The notes beneath the pieces are model-generated. The model made no database searches. It worked only from the letters and a program-made list of their open reading frames with translations, and was not told the DNA's origin. From contig JANHCV010000006.1 in NCBI GenBank assembly GCA_025594325.1, positions 1,426,001-1,490,000 on the forward strand: a DNA stretch of 64,000 nucleotides, written 5' to 3'. Of this stretch, positions 47,601 through 59,797 are shown piece after piece. Made by a program: the position numbers and the translations under genes. Numbering within the stretch: position 1 is the first letter of the stretch; the number at the start of each line of letters is the position of its first letter. Origin of the DNA: Blastocladiella emersonii ATCC 22665. Its lineage: Eukaryota > Fungi > Blastocladiomycota.

Positions 47601-50261
47601 CGAGGAAAGGAAGGTGGGCGAGCAGGAGCGCTCGCGCTGGGGGTGGCGAGGTTGGCGGCGCGCGACGCTCTCGCTCTCGCTCTCTGGCTCTCTCACGCTG
47701 AGCCGTCTCGCGTTTCGTGCATTCATTCATGGCGCGAGGCGCTGATGCCCGCGTGCGGCGGGGGCGTCCGGCGAGCATAGACCGTGAGGGAGAATTTGCA
47801 TCGAGTACGAGTACATTGAAGTCCATGGGGAGGGGAGTGCGTGGAGAGCCGGCGCAGAGAGCAAATTTGGCGGTGAGGAGGGTGGCGAGCGTCGCCGTGT
47901 CCTGCGCGCGCGCTGTGGCGATGCGCCGCGCCGGCCATCGGGTCACGGCCGTCACCGTCGCAAGGTGCGTCGAGTGAGCGCGCAGCCGTACCGTGCGGCG
48001 TGACGCCCAACTGCTGCCGCCCGAGTCAGGGACCACAGCGCCCCGAGTCCAGGACGGCGATGGCGAAGACGACGCATGCCGCGGCGGCGCGTCTCTGTAT
48101 CCGCGTCCCTGATACCCGCGTTGAGGGACCGTGTCCACCGCATTCGGGGCACTGCGTCCGTGCGCCGGCGTGCGCATCGGCCGGGGCTGGTGAGCCACGG
48201 CGACGACGCGGTCGAGCTCAGCCGCGGACAGCAGCGATCGGGGTCGCACGGGTGTGTCCGCACCTCCGCCGGAACGCGCCACGCGCCTCGGACGGAACGC
48301 GCCCCACCCCTTCGAAACACGGCGCGGTCGAGCGGTTCACCGTCCCGTACGCTCGCCACACGGCCGCCGGCAGCAAGCCCGCCGTTCGGACTCAGCGGTG
48401 AAAGCAGCAGTGAGAGCAGCGCGATCGCGCAGGCGGCGCGCTTGCGGTGATGTTGGTCTGGGTCCTCATCAAGGGCATCGGCATCGGCAGCGTTAGCAGT
48501 GACGAGGAGCGAAGCGAGCGATAGAACAGGTAGGTGAATCGTGCGGGCTGCACAGGCGAGCAGACCGAGAGCCTAGAAACGCTCGATCGAGCGGCAAGGA
48601 GGGAGCCGAGTGAGTTGAGCGAGTGCTGCGGCAGCACGAATGAATCGTGTGAACGAGCGGTCGCGCCGGGCAATGGCCGGCGACGGTACGCCAAGGTGGT
48701 GAAGGCATCGCGAGTCGGGTAGCAAGGCGATGGCGAGCGAAATGATGACCGCGAGTGCACACCGCGAATGTATGCGCTTGGTGGAGCTCTACTAGAACGA
48801 CTGTCGGCGGAGCGACTCGAAGTCAGACCCAAGCGCAATCCGCATCGGAGGCAGTAAGCACGCTGAGCGAGTCAATGGCGCGCACGCGAGAGAGACCGGC
48901 ACAAGCGACGCGAGCGACCGTCGCAGGTTCGGCCGGTGCCAGTCGAGCGCTGCACCACCGTTTGAGGCAGTGCAGGGTGATCGAGGTTGTGCGAGCGCTC
49001 ATCGGCGGGCACCTCAGCGCCGGTGGACCCGAGGCTGACGGCAGCACCGCGCGGCCTCACGTCGCACGGGCTGCAGGGCCACGCACCGCAAAGATTTTGG
49101 TTCGCGCGAGCAAGGCGGTGCGCCAGCGGGGGCTGGACGCCGACACCCGCACGCTCACCAACGAGCGTCCCAGTGTCAGCCACACTGAATGCGCGAGCAG
49201 GCAGCGGGGGAGCCAGAAGATCGAGACCGATTCGGCACGGCGACGATGCGAGCGAGTCGACGCACGCGGCAGCGAGTGTCTGGTTCCTGCAATCGACGAC
49301 TACGGCGGTGGGAGCAGCCAGGGCGCACGAGCGGGCCAAGAGGGAGCACACGGGACGAAGTAGCAGAGACGCTCGAGCGACGCCGTCGTGGCGATGGCGC
49401 AGCGGCAGGTGCGAGCGCCGATGAGCCGCGCATGGTGGGGCGGGCGGTGACGGCGTGCGCGAGCGAGTCGTGATACATGGCAAGATGGGTGGTGGCTCGA
49501 TCGCGTAGTTCATTCCATCGGTGGGGCGAGGCAGTCTGCGCGGCGGGAGAGAGAAGGCAGGCAAAGGCGTCGCGGCCCGCGCGGCAGCTGGCGCAACCAT
49601 CGAGTCACTCGCTTGCCGCGCACCCTGCCAGGGACATCGCCCGGTTTCGCGCGGCCACCTGACCAAAACCCGCCCGTTTCGCGCCGGTTTCGCCTCGGCG
49701 CCACGGTCGAAGCCGAAACGCCGCCGCCATCGCCCTCGCCCACACGCCGCCGTCGCCCCGCCGCCGCCGCCGTCGGATGCCCGGGTGGCGACCTCCGCCT
49801 TTACCGCTGGCGATGCGCGGGGGCCGAGCGCGAGCGTGTGTCATCCCGGCCCGTTCCTGCAGCGGGAGCTCCAGCGGGAACAGCGGCGACGGCAACACCC
49901 ACCGCTCACCACGCTGCCCGGCGCCCGGTCTCATCCCCTCCCAAACCGTCCCCGCCAACGATTCTCCATGCATCTGGGCCTGTAACTGCCCGCAACTCGA
50001 ACGCAGCGACGCCCTGCCCCCGCTACTCTGTGCATTGGCCTGCGCGGCCGTCGCCACGGCTCGCCTTGGCATCCTCGCTGCCTCGCATTTGCCACTGCTC
50101 GCTCCCTGAAGCGTCCGCTTGATTCGGCTCGCTCGCCGCGGTCCTTCCCTCCCACTACCGATCACAATCGTGTGCATTTCGACCGCCCGCGTGCTGGCGC
50201 CGAGGAGTGATTCGGCTCGCCGCACTCGAGCCTGCCGAATCCCGCCGCCGTCCCCTCGCCC

Positions 50262-53200
50262 ATGGGCTCCTCGTCCACGGCGGGAGCACACGGCACCATG
50301 GCCGGCGTAAAGCGCCGCCGCCCGGCCTTCGAGGTCCAGCACGTCGTGAACCCTGACGGCTCCACGCGCGAGATCGTCATCCTCGACGGCGACGACCCCG
50401 ACGACGTGCCCGCTCCCTCGTCGCACCAACCGCCACCACCGGCCCACCATTACCAACAACCGGCTGCTGCCGCGCGACCGCGACGCCAACCGCGGCGAAA
50501 TCCGCCTGCACCTGCTGCCCCGGCCTCGGCCGTCCCGCCCCATCCACCACCACCACAACTACAACCGACCCACCATGCGCACCCGGCGGCCGCGTACGGC
50601 GGCCATGATCCGTACCACGGCTACTCGTCGGCCCACCTCTCGGCCGCCGCCGCTGCTGCGGCTGCTGCGGCGACCGACCCGCTGCACCCGCACCGCCAGA
50701 TCCTCACCGCGGCCGTCGCCTCGACGCTCGGCTACGGGCCGCCAATCCCGCCGCACGACCCGTCGGCCGCCGCTGCTGCCGCTGCTGCTGCCCACTACGA
50801 CGTCTTCAACACCGCCTACCCGACCTCGCGGAATCACCCGCCGCCACCGCCGCCACCACCACTACAGCCGCAGCACGCCGTGTACCCGTCGGCCTCGGGG
50901 CTCCTCCCGCCCGGCCTCGCGCCCATCGACGCCGGGTACCCGGGCATCCCCGTCGCGCTCGGCGTCGCCGATTCCGTGTCCTCGGGCGCGCCGTCCGCCA
51001 GCAAACGGAGGAGGCGTGACGAGCCCGCTGTCCCGCTCTCCTCCTCGCACCTCCCCGCCGCGCCCGTGTCGTCGTCATCGTCGCGTTCCGGCCGGAACCA
51101 GTACCTTTACGGACACCCGCCACCACCGCCGCTGCAGGCGTACCCGCCCCAGTATGCGCCCCACTACGCCGCTCCCGTGGCCAACGGCGCGCCCGCCGCT
51201 GCCCCCGCGCCGCCGGCCCACCCGCCGTACGACGACAAGGACGGCCACTACATTGTGACGCCCAACGACGTGCTGTACGACACGTGTACGCTCTCGTTGC
51301 CGTAACTGCCGCGGTCGGTCCCGAGCTGATGTCACCCGTGCGCGCTCGACTAGATACCGTCGTCAAGCAGCTCGGCCAGGGCACCTTCGGCAAGGTCGCC
51401 GAGTGCATCGACGCGCGCAACGGCCAGCGCGTCGCCGTCAAGATCGTGCGCGCCATCCAAAAGTACCACGACGCGTCGCTCGGCGAGATCCGCGTCCTCA
51501 ACACGCTGCGCAAAGCTGACCCGGACAACAAGCAGTACGTTCGCTCGCTCGTCGTCTTTGTCCTCGGCCGATGACCACTGACGCGCGCCCCGTCAACTGC
51601 TAGCCAGTGCATCCAGCTCGTCACCGAGTTCGATTTCCGCAACCACAAGTGCATGGTGTTCCCGCTCCTCGGGCCGTCGCTCTTCGACTTTCTCAAGGAG
51701 AACCACTTCCAGCCCTTCACGCTGGCCCAGGTGCGCGAGCTCGCGGTCCAGATCATCGACTCGGTCGCGTTTCTGCACCGGTACAAGATCATCCACACGG
51801 ACCTCAAGCCCGAGAACATCCTGCTCGTCTCGGCCGAGGCCCGCACCGTGTCGCCGCCGCTCACCAACCACGTGCACGTGTCGCGCCGCGTCACGCCGAA
51901 ACCGTACCCGTCGCAGCGCCAGCTGCGGTCCCTCGAGATCCGCGTCATCGACTTCGGGTCGGCCACCTTCGACCACGAGTACCACTCGTCGGTCGTCTCG
52001 ACGCGCCACTACCGCGCACCCGAAATCATGCTCGAGATCGGCTGGTCGTACCCGTGCGACATGTGGTCCGTCGGGTGCATCCTCGTCGAGCTGCTCATCG
52101 GCGAGGCGCTGTTCCAGACCCACGAGAACCTCGAGCACCTCGCCATGATGGAGACCATCCTCGGCCCGCTCCCCGACGACGTCGTCGGCCGGTCCAAGCG
52201 CCGCTCGCAGTGGTTCCAGTCGCCATCGCACCTCAACCTCGCCCACGTCCCCGGCCCGGGACCCTACGGCACCACGGCCGCTGTCGCCGCGTCCGCGGGG
52301 CTTCCGCCGCCCACCATCGCCGTGTGCCGCGTCCAGTTCCCCGGCGCCGACACCAAGCGCGACGCGAAATCGTTTGTCAAGTCGCTCAAGTCCCTCGGCG
52401 AGATCCTGTCGCCGTCGGCCCAGTCCTCGGCCAACGCGCACGTCCTGCACCTCAACTCGTCGTCGAGTTCCGGCGGCTCCGCCACGCCCGCACCCGCGTC
52501 GGCCCAGGCCCCACCACCGTCGTTCACCCGGTTCCTCGACCTCGTCCGCCGCCTCCTCACCCACGACCCGACGCGCCGTATCCGCGCCCGCGAGGCACTC
52601 CGCCACCCGTTCTTCGAGGGCACCGTGCACCCCGGCCAGGCGCGTGCCATGCGGCTCGCGGCACGGCATAGCGCCGCCGTCGCGTCCCAGTCGCCCGCGG
52701 CCGCATCCCCGCACCCGCCATCCGTCGCCGCCGCCGCCGCGGGCCATCTGGGTCCGTCGCCGCTCGGCGGGTCGGCGCCGCGCGGGATCGCTGGCGGCTC
52801 GACGTCCGTCGCTGCGGCCGCTACTGCTGCGGCCGCTGCTGCCGCGGCGGCGGCGGCGGCGGCGAGCGGTAGCGTCATGGGCTGGCCGTTCAACCCCGAC
52901 TCGCCGGGCGTGCCCCGCATGGGCGTCGCGAGCAACGGCGGGTACTACCAGCGCAACATGGTCCCGCTGCCGCCCGCGTCCACGGCCGCCGTCGCTGCCG
53001 CGGCTGCTGCTGCCGCTGCCGCGGCGTCCATGGGCGCGCGATACCCGAGCGGCAGCTTCTGGTACCCGCAGCCGGTCCCACCGCAGGCCCACCAGTACGC
53101 GCACCACCCGCACCACCCGCACCACCCGTCCTCGTCCGCCGCGTACGCGCACGCGCACCCGCAGCACGCGCCGCCGCCGCCACCGCCCCCGCATGGCGGG

Positions 53201-54157
53201 TCGCCCACGGGGCTCTCGGCCGCCGCCAACTACGCGTACACGCGGCGCGCGATCCAGCACAAGCTCGCCATGGAGACCGGGTTCGCGCTCGGCGAGGATG
53301 AGCACGACGCGGGCGGCGCGGGTGACCCGAACGGGTACGCCGACCCGGTCCCGCCCCCGCCCCCGCCGCCACCACCACCCGCCGCCGCGGCGTACGCGCC
53401 CGACCCGTACGGCGGCAGCGAGCTCGGGTCCGCGTTCACGGGCGCCGATGTCGCGAGCGCTGCGGGGCCCGCACCACCGCCCGTCGACCACGGGTACCAC
53501 CCGGCGTACGATTACCGCCAGCAGCAGCCACACCAACAGCCTCAGCAGGCGTACCAGTACTACCCGTCGCAACAGCACCCGCAGCCCGGCGAGGCGTACC
53601 AGATCTCGCCCGCCACGGCCCCGCACACGATCCCCGCCGCGGCGCCGGGCCACTACGCCGACCCGAACGGGGCCGAGTACGCACCCGATCGGAGGTACCA
53701 GCAGCAGCAGCCCGTCGGGTCGCACCTCGCGAGCGCGCCCGGGAGCCCCGCGCGCGCGTATTACGCGGACCCGGCCGCCGCCGCGGGCCAGTACGCCCAT
53801 CCGGCAGCCGCAGCACACCCGCACCGCATATCGGTCGGCTCCTCGCCCATGGTCTCGCTCGCGTCCGGTGGCGGCGCGGTCTACGCGATGCCGCCGCCGC
53901 CGCAGAGCGGCGGGTGGGCCAACGGCGGCGGCGACGCGCGGTACGGATACGCGGCAGCGCCACCACCGCCGGCACCCGCGCACCACGCGCACTACTACCC
54001 GCCACAACCGCACCACCACCACGCCGCCATGGCGCCCGCACCGCCCGGCCCGCACGACGGGCTGCTCCCGCCAGGGATCGCTGCAGAGTACCTCGGCCCG
54101 CCTGCCGGCGGCGCGGTCGGGTTGCCGCCACCACCACCGCAGGGCGGATGGCGGTGA
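50262..54157 (+). CDS. LKH1: LAMMER (CLK/Lkh1/Kns1) dual-specificity protein kinase with long N- and C-terminal low-complexity extensions (1252 aa)
   Basis: Introns 51286-51353 and 51535-51603. LGQGTFGKV, VAVKIVR, HTDLKPEN, IDFGSA, STRHYRAPE and EHLAMME are present. Confidence 0.93.
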
Positions 54158-54880
54158 TGTTGGCTGGCGTGTATGTGTATCTCGTTCTCTAGTTTTGTGT
54201 TTTGATCGCTACCCTCCTCCCTCCCTCGTCCTCTTGCCATCCCTATACACAGACCATCGCGCCCTTCTTCTTCTCGACCAATCTCGATTGCCTGTCCTCG
54301 ATATAGATCCGGCACGGCCTGCCGCTGAGCATCGTTCGATTTCGAACTGAGTCTCCCCAGTGCAACTCAGGAGGCCGTCGAAAACCAGCCGATGGTCGCC
54401 GAAAATAGCCGAGTGTGGCGGACCGCGGTCACGCGGACGTGAGCGGCGCGTCTCCCGAGTCCCGGTCCCAGCGGAACCCTTGGACGCGTATCGCAGAAGC
54501 ACGGGGGCGGTGTCCGCAATGATCGATCGGGACGGCGCACCGAGCTCCTGTCCCGTTGCGCGCGAGCGGAACACGGCTGACGCATGGTGACGTGGCCGCA
54601 AGGGGGCACTGGGAGACGGCGCGCGGTTGGGACGCGTGGCAGGTCGGCTAGACTGGCCAGAGCGACCAGGCGCGACGCATTTCGCGCCCGGATCCAGCAA
54701 ATGTCTGCGCCCCGCCACCGGCGGGTCTCCCGCGGCTCAGCAGTTGAGGCAATCGGAGGAGGAGGAGGTTGCTGTGCAGTGGCCGTGTCCAGCGGGCCGG
54801 GGAGCGGACGCGACCTGGTGCCCCGGCGCGAGCACGGCTCGAGCTCTACGCGCCCCTGATGCATCTGCTGAACCCATGAC

Positions 54881-57800
54881 ATGTCATCGCCTACTTCCAG
54901 CACCGGATCCGCTGACGCCTTCTACGGCGCTATCCGCACACCACCACCGCGGCCCGCGGGGCTCGTCTCGAGTGCGAGCGCACCCGAGTCCTCACAAGAT
55001 GTGGAGCGGGCCGCGTCGGCGGAAGCGGCAGCCGGCACGCACGCCCCCTCGTCGAGCACGCTAGCCAACTCGGCACCGATGCTCCGGCGCTCACACACGG
55101 CGCGGGTCGGCGCACCCGCGCCACACCACCCCGAGTACTCCGCGAGCGCGGCCCCTGTGGTGACGGCCGTATCCAGCGCCCACGAGCAAGACCATGATCC
55201 CGCGCAGGCGTTGCCGGCTGCACCCTCTACGGGCACGAACCCTCGCCGCGAGTTCCCGACAGTCAAAAGCGACGCGTCGAGCTCGCGGCCGCCAAGCATC
55301 TTCGACTCTCCGTCCTTCCGCCGCCGCGGGTTCGGCGCCGCGAGCTCGTCAGCCGGCCGCCCGCAGCGGTCCGCGTCGACGGCGAGCAGCGGACCCAAGC
55401 CGCCGGGCACGCTGCCCCTGATCGCTCGCCTCAATAACAGCCTGGTCCCGACGTCGGCCGACTCATCGTACCACGACCTCGACGAGTCCGCGTCCGCGTC
55501 CCTCGCGCAGTCGCGAAGCGCACGCGGCAGCGCCGCGTCGTGGCGGACGGCGCGCAGCTCGTTCAGCGGGTCCACGTCAAGCCGGTTCCGGACTGTCCTC
55601 GCCACCACGTCGCGCGCGCTCAACTCGTCGTTCCAGAAGGTCGCCGAGCTCGCCGAGGACGTGGCGCAGACGCGTACCGCCCACTACACGGACCTCGCGG
55701 CACACGCGCGGCTCGTCGGCGGCGACGACGGGTCCGCGACGACCGGGTCCGACGACTCGTTCAAGTCCAACGAGCTGGCGGACGCGGATGCGGATCGCTC
55801 GCTCCCGTCCTCCTCGCTCGACGGGTTTGACGTCGACTCGCTCGGCGAGCGGTTCGAGACTGGGCCGTCGTCGCTGGCCGAGCTCGGCCCGCCGCCGCCG
55901 CCACCGGCCGCAGTCGGCGAGCCCGCCATCACGACGCGACCGGACCCCGAGGCCGGGTTCACTGCGCCATCGGCGCAGCCGACCGCGCCTGCCGCACGCC
56001 CTGCACGCCGGGTCGACGACGACGAGCCGAACGCGGTCGTGCGCACCGTGCTGGGTTCCGCCGCGCAGATCTTCACGAGCAAGTCGACGCGGCTCGTCTC
56101 GTTCCTCACGCTCCGCTTCACGAGCAAGTCGATCGAGGCCAAGTTCCGCGAGCACTACGTGCGCACTTCGTCGGCGCCCATCCTCCTCCTCAGCGTACGT
56201 TCCCGCTCGGCGCGGAAGTGAGATTTGCTGACGAGCACTATGTGTGTTGTGTAGGTTGGCCTCCTCCCTCTCATCTTCGCCCGTGCCGGGCTCTCGGCGT
56301 ACACGGCGAGCAGGTACCACCAGGTCACGCACGACTGCCCCATGTCCGTCCACGGCGAGTGCGACACGTGCCAAAGCATCGTCACGGTCGCGTACGTCGT
56401 GGTCGGCGTGGTCGCTCTTCTCACGCTCGGCGTGTCGCTCTTGCGGGCGCTGCGCATCGAGTCGCCGGGCTCGCGGCGCGCCATCTTCATCGCCATCTCC
56501 ATCGTGTGCTTCCTGATCGACCTCATGGCCGTGACGTGCCCGGGCTACTGCCACACGAACGACGGCAGCCCGCTGTTCCGACGCCACAACAGCTTCTCGG
56601 GCGCGTGCCCCGGATCCGCGGCCGCGGGCAGCATCGACGCCCTCGTCCACTTCTGGTCGACGCAGATCAGCGTGTCCGTGTACGTCGTCCTCGCCGCGTC
56701 GACGCTCGCATTTCGAACCGCTGGCCGCGGCGCTGTCCTCGCCGTCGGGCTCCTCCTCGCGTTCGGCGCGCTCGTCGATAGCAGCGCCGCGTCGTGGGTC
56801 TGGCTGCTGGCGTTCAACCTCGCTGACGACGCCGTCAAGTCGCTCGTCGGCCTGTACCAGCGCGAGCTGCTCGTCCGTGCAACCTTCTACCACAACGTCC
56901 GCCAGGCCGCCGCCACCCACGCGCAGCTCCGCGCCGCGGCTACCAGTGCGGTGCTCCCGTACGTTGGCGGCTGCGGCGCGGGCGGCGGGGCTGCGGTCGC
57001 GCCGTCGCCGGCTTGGTCGACACCGTCCCCGCGCGAGCAGCGGTCCGCGGCCGTCACGGTGCGCAGCAGCGCAACGGCGCTCCCGAACAAGTCGGTCCTC
57101 GCCCAGGTCCCGGCGCAGTCGACCAAGACGGTAGCCCCCGCGCAGCCCGCGGCGCCCCAACCGCAGATGCGCGACTCCTCAACGTGGTCGCTGGTCGCCC
57201 AGGTACGCTGCTGCCCTGCCGTTGACACGTGGTCCGCACTCGGCCAACCGAATCGCTTTGTAGCCCGTCCGTCGCACGCCGACCACAACGAGCAGCAACA
57301 CGGCCGTCATGGCGTACAACCGCAACGAGACGTCGCTGATGATGCTCCGCCGGCACTCGTTCGCAACCAGCCGCACCAGCGCCGCGAGCGCGTCGACGAC
57401 TGCCGCTCAAGGAGTCCCGGCGGCAATGGCCATGGCCATGGCCCTGGCCAACCCCAAGACCCACATGTCGCGGCTCCCGAGCGAGGACGAGACCATGGCC
57501 ATGTCCAAGGGCTCGCAGCACCAGCACCTCGCCGTCGCCGACCCGCTGACCGACGCGTCGTCTGGTCGAAACAGCAACACCACGTCCGACTCGGGCGGCG
57601 GCATCCACGTGTCGCAGCTCGACCTCGGTAACCTCCTCACGCTCCCGCGGATCATGCACGCGTCACTGCTCTCGCTGTCGCACTCCGACACGTTTGGCGG
57701 TGGCGGCGACGACACCAAGCCGGTATCGCCACCCACCGCGCCCAAGTTCCTCGCCCCGCTCCCGCTCGGCGCGATCGAGAGCGGAACGCGGTACGCGACT

Positions 57801-59381
57801 ACGACGCTCGACCGCCCCGACTCGAAGTGGCCGGGCAGCGGCGGCACCGCGACCAACACCCTGCTGCCCTCGGTCATCGGGTCCGCCGCCGCGTCGCCGA
57901 CGCTCGTGCGCGCGCACCTCGACGCGCCGCGGCTGGTCGTCGTCGCGACAACGCTCGACCACGACGCAGTCGTGGGCGCGTCGGCCAGCGGCGTGTCGCT
58001 ACCGCCGCCGCTGCGCGATACGGGCGCGCTGCAGTCGGACCTGCCCGTGTTCCACCCGACCATGGCGTCGTACGCGACGGCAACTACCACAACAACGACG
58101 TCGGGGACCGACTCGAGCAGCGGGAGCACCAACTCCGTGAGCTCCAACACCACGAGTCCGCCGAGCACCGACCCGAGCACCGACCCGAGCAGCGCGGGCA
58201 GTAGTCTCGGAGTCCTCGGGTCCAGCGCGCCCGCCATCCCGCGACAGTCGCGGTCCGGGACCGACTCGGGCGCGCTCCCGCCGCACCGCCCGCTGCACGA
58301 CGCGTGGCGGCGCCCGGTGCCGCGGTACGGGGACCGGCCTGATTTCGCAAGCGGCGGAGGCGGTGGCGCTGGCGCTGGCAACGTGCGCGACTCGGTGGTC
58401 ATCACGTCGTCGATGCTGCCCGCGCTCGAACCCATGGGCCTCGACGCGGCGCTAAGGACCGACGAGGAGTACAGCGTTTCGACCAGCTCGATGCAGGGTG
58501 CGGCCAGCAGCACCGCCGAGGCGGCAGCAGCAAGGCGCAGGGCGCGGCGCCAGTCGCGCGGGACCACGGCGTCGGCGGCGTCGCGGCGCAGCACGTGGTA
58601 CCGGAGGCTACGGCGCGCGCTGCACCGGCTCCGCACTGAGTTCTTTTACCGGTTCCCCGACCCGGCCGAGGAGGAGCGGTACCTCGCGTACTACTACGCG
58701 AAGCTCAAGACACGAATGCAAATCACGGCCGTGACGGGGTTCCTGATGCAACTCCTGGTCGCCGTCATGATGAAGCTGTCGCAGGCGGGGCGGCAGGCCG
58801 TCAACGACGCCATGGACGATACGGATGGCCCCGTCGGCAACGGCATGTTCGGCGACTGGCTGGCCAGGGTCAAGCCGTTTGTCCTCGAGTGGTGGTTCCC
58901 GTACGCGCTACACCTCGCCTTCTACACGATCCAGCTCGTGGTCGCGCGGTCGCGGTCCGCGCTGTTCGTCGGCGCGAGCCTCGAGCGCTACGCGGTCGCG
59001 CACGCCGTCATCTTCATCGCGTGCGTGGTCGCGCTCGACGCACAGATCCGCATGCTCACGCACAACTTTGTCCTGATCCAGTCGGCGTGCCACCAGGTTC
59101 TCGCCGCCGTGTTCGGGATCGCGACCCTGCGGCTGCGTCCGCGCACTCACGCGGCCGTCCTCGCCGCGTTCGTGCTGCTGGTGCAAGCCGAGTTCATTGT
59201 CCTCCTCGTCCACGGCGCGGCCATCGAGACGCTCGCCAAGATTGTCATTGTCACGGCCACGACGCTCGTCAGCCTCGTGCTCAGCGTGTACTTTGAGTCG
59301 GCGAACCGGCGCTACTTTCAGATCAAATCGCACGTCGCGCGCGCGTCGCAGAGTCGACGGGATCTTCCATTTCCCAATTGA
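54881..59381 (+). CDS. Cyclase-less 12-TM adenylyl-cyclase-anchor protein, paralog B (1459 aa)
   Basis: Phase-0 introns 56195-56254 and 57203-57263 at positions equivalent to paralog A; same anchor motifs; ends YFESANRRYFQIKSHV...PFPN. Confidence 0.8.
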
Positions 59382-59797
59382 AGAACCTTTCTTGCGTTGC
59401 AGTTGCTTCGTGGTCCGCCTCTTGGCCTTGGAAGCATGCTCCACGTCCACTGTACGGCATGACCTGGGATTAACAAGGGATGGTATCGCGCGCGCGCTCT
59501 GCCGGTACTTCCCACTCTCACGTCGCGGAACGGTCGGAGAGGAGGAGGTGAGGAAAGGGTGGCGCGACGCGTGACCGCGGTCACGTGGCCGTCACGCGGA
59601 CATGAGCCGCGCGTGTGGCGCGCCTCATTTCCCGTTCGAGGAGGTGGCGCGTCCGCGTCTCACATCCCCGAAGAGATGAGTTTCGCGCAAATCGACAAAG
59701 CCGCGTGCCGCCGTGCCCTGCTCCAGTTGGGTGGCACTGTACGATGCGGTGAAGATCCATGATCCGGGATCCGGGAGGCACATGCGGATAAGAGACT

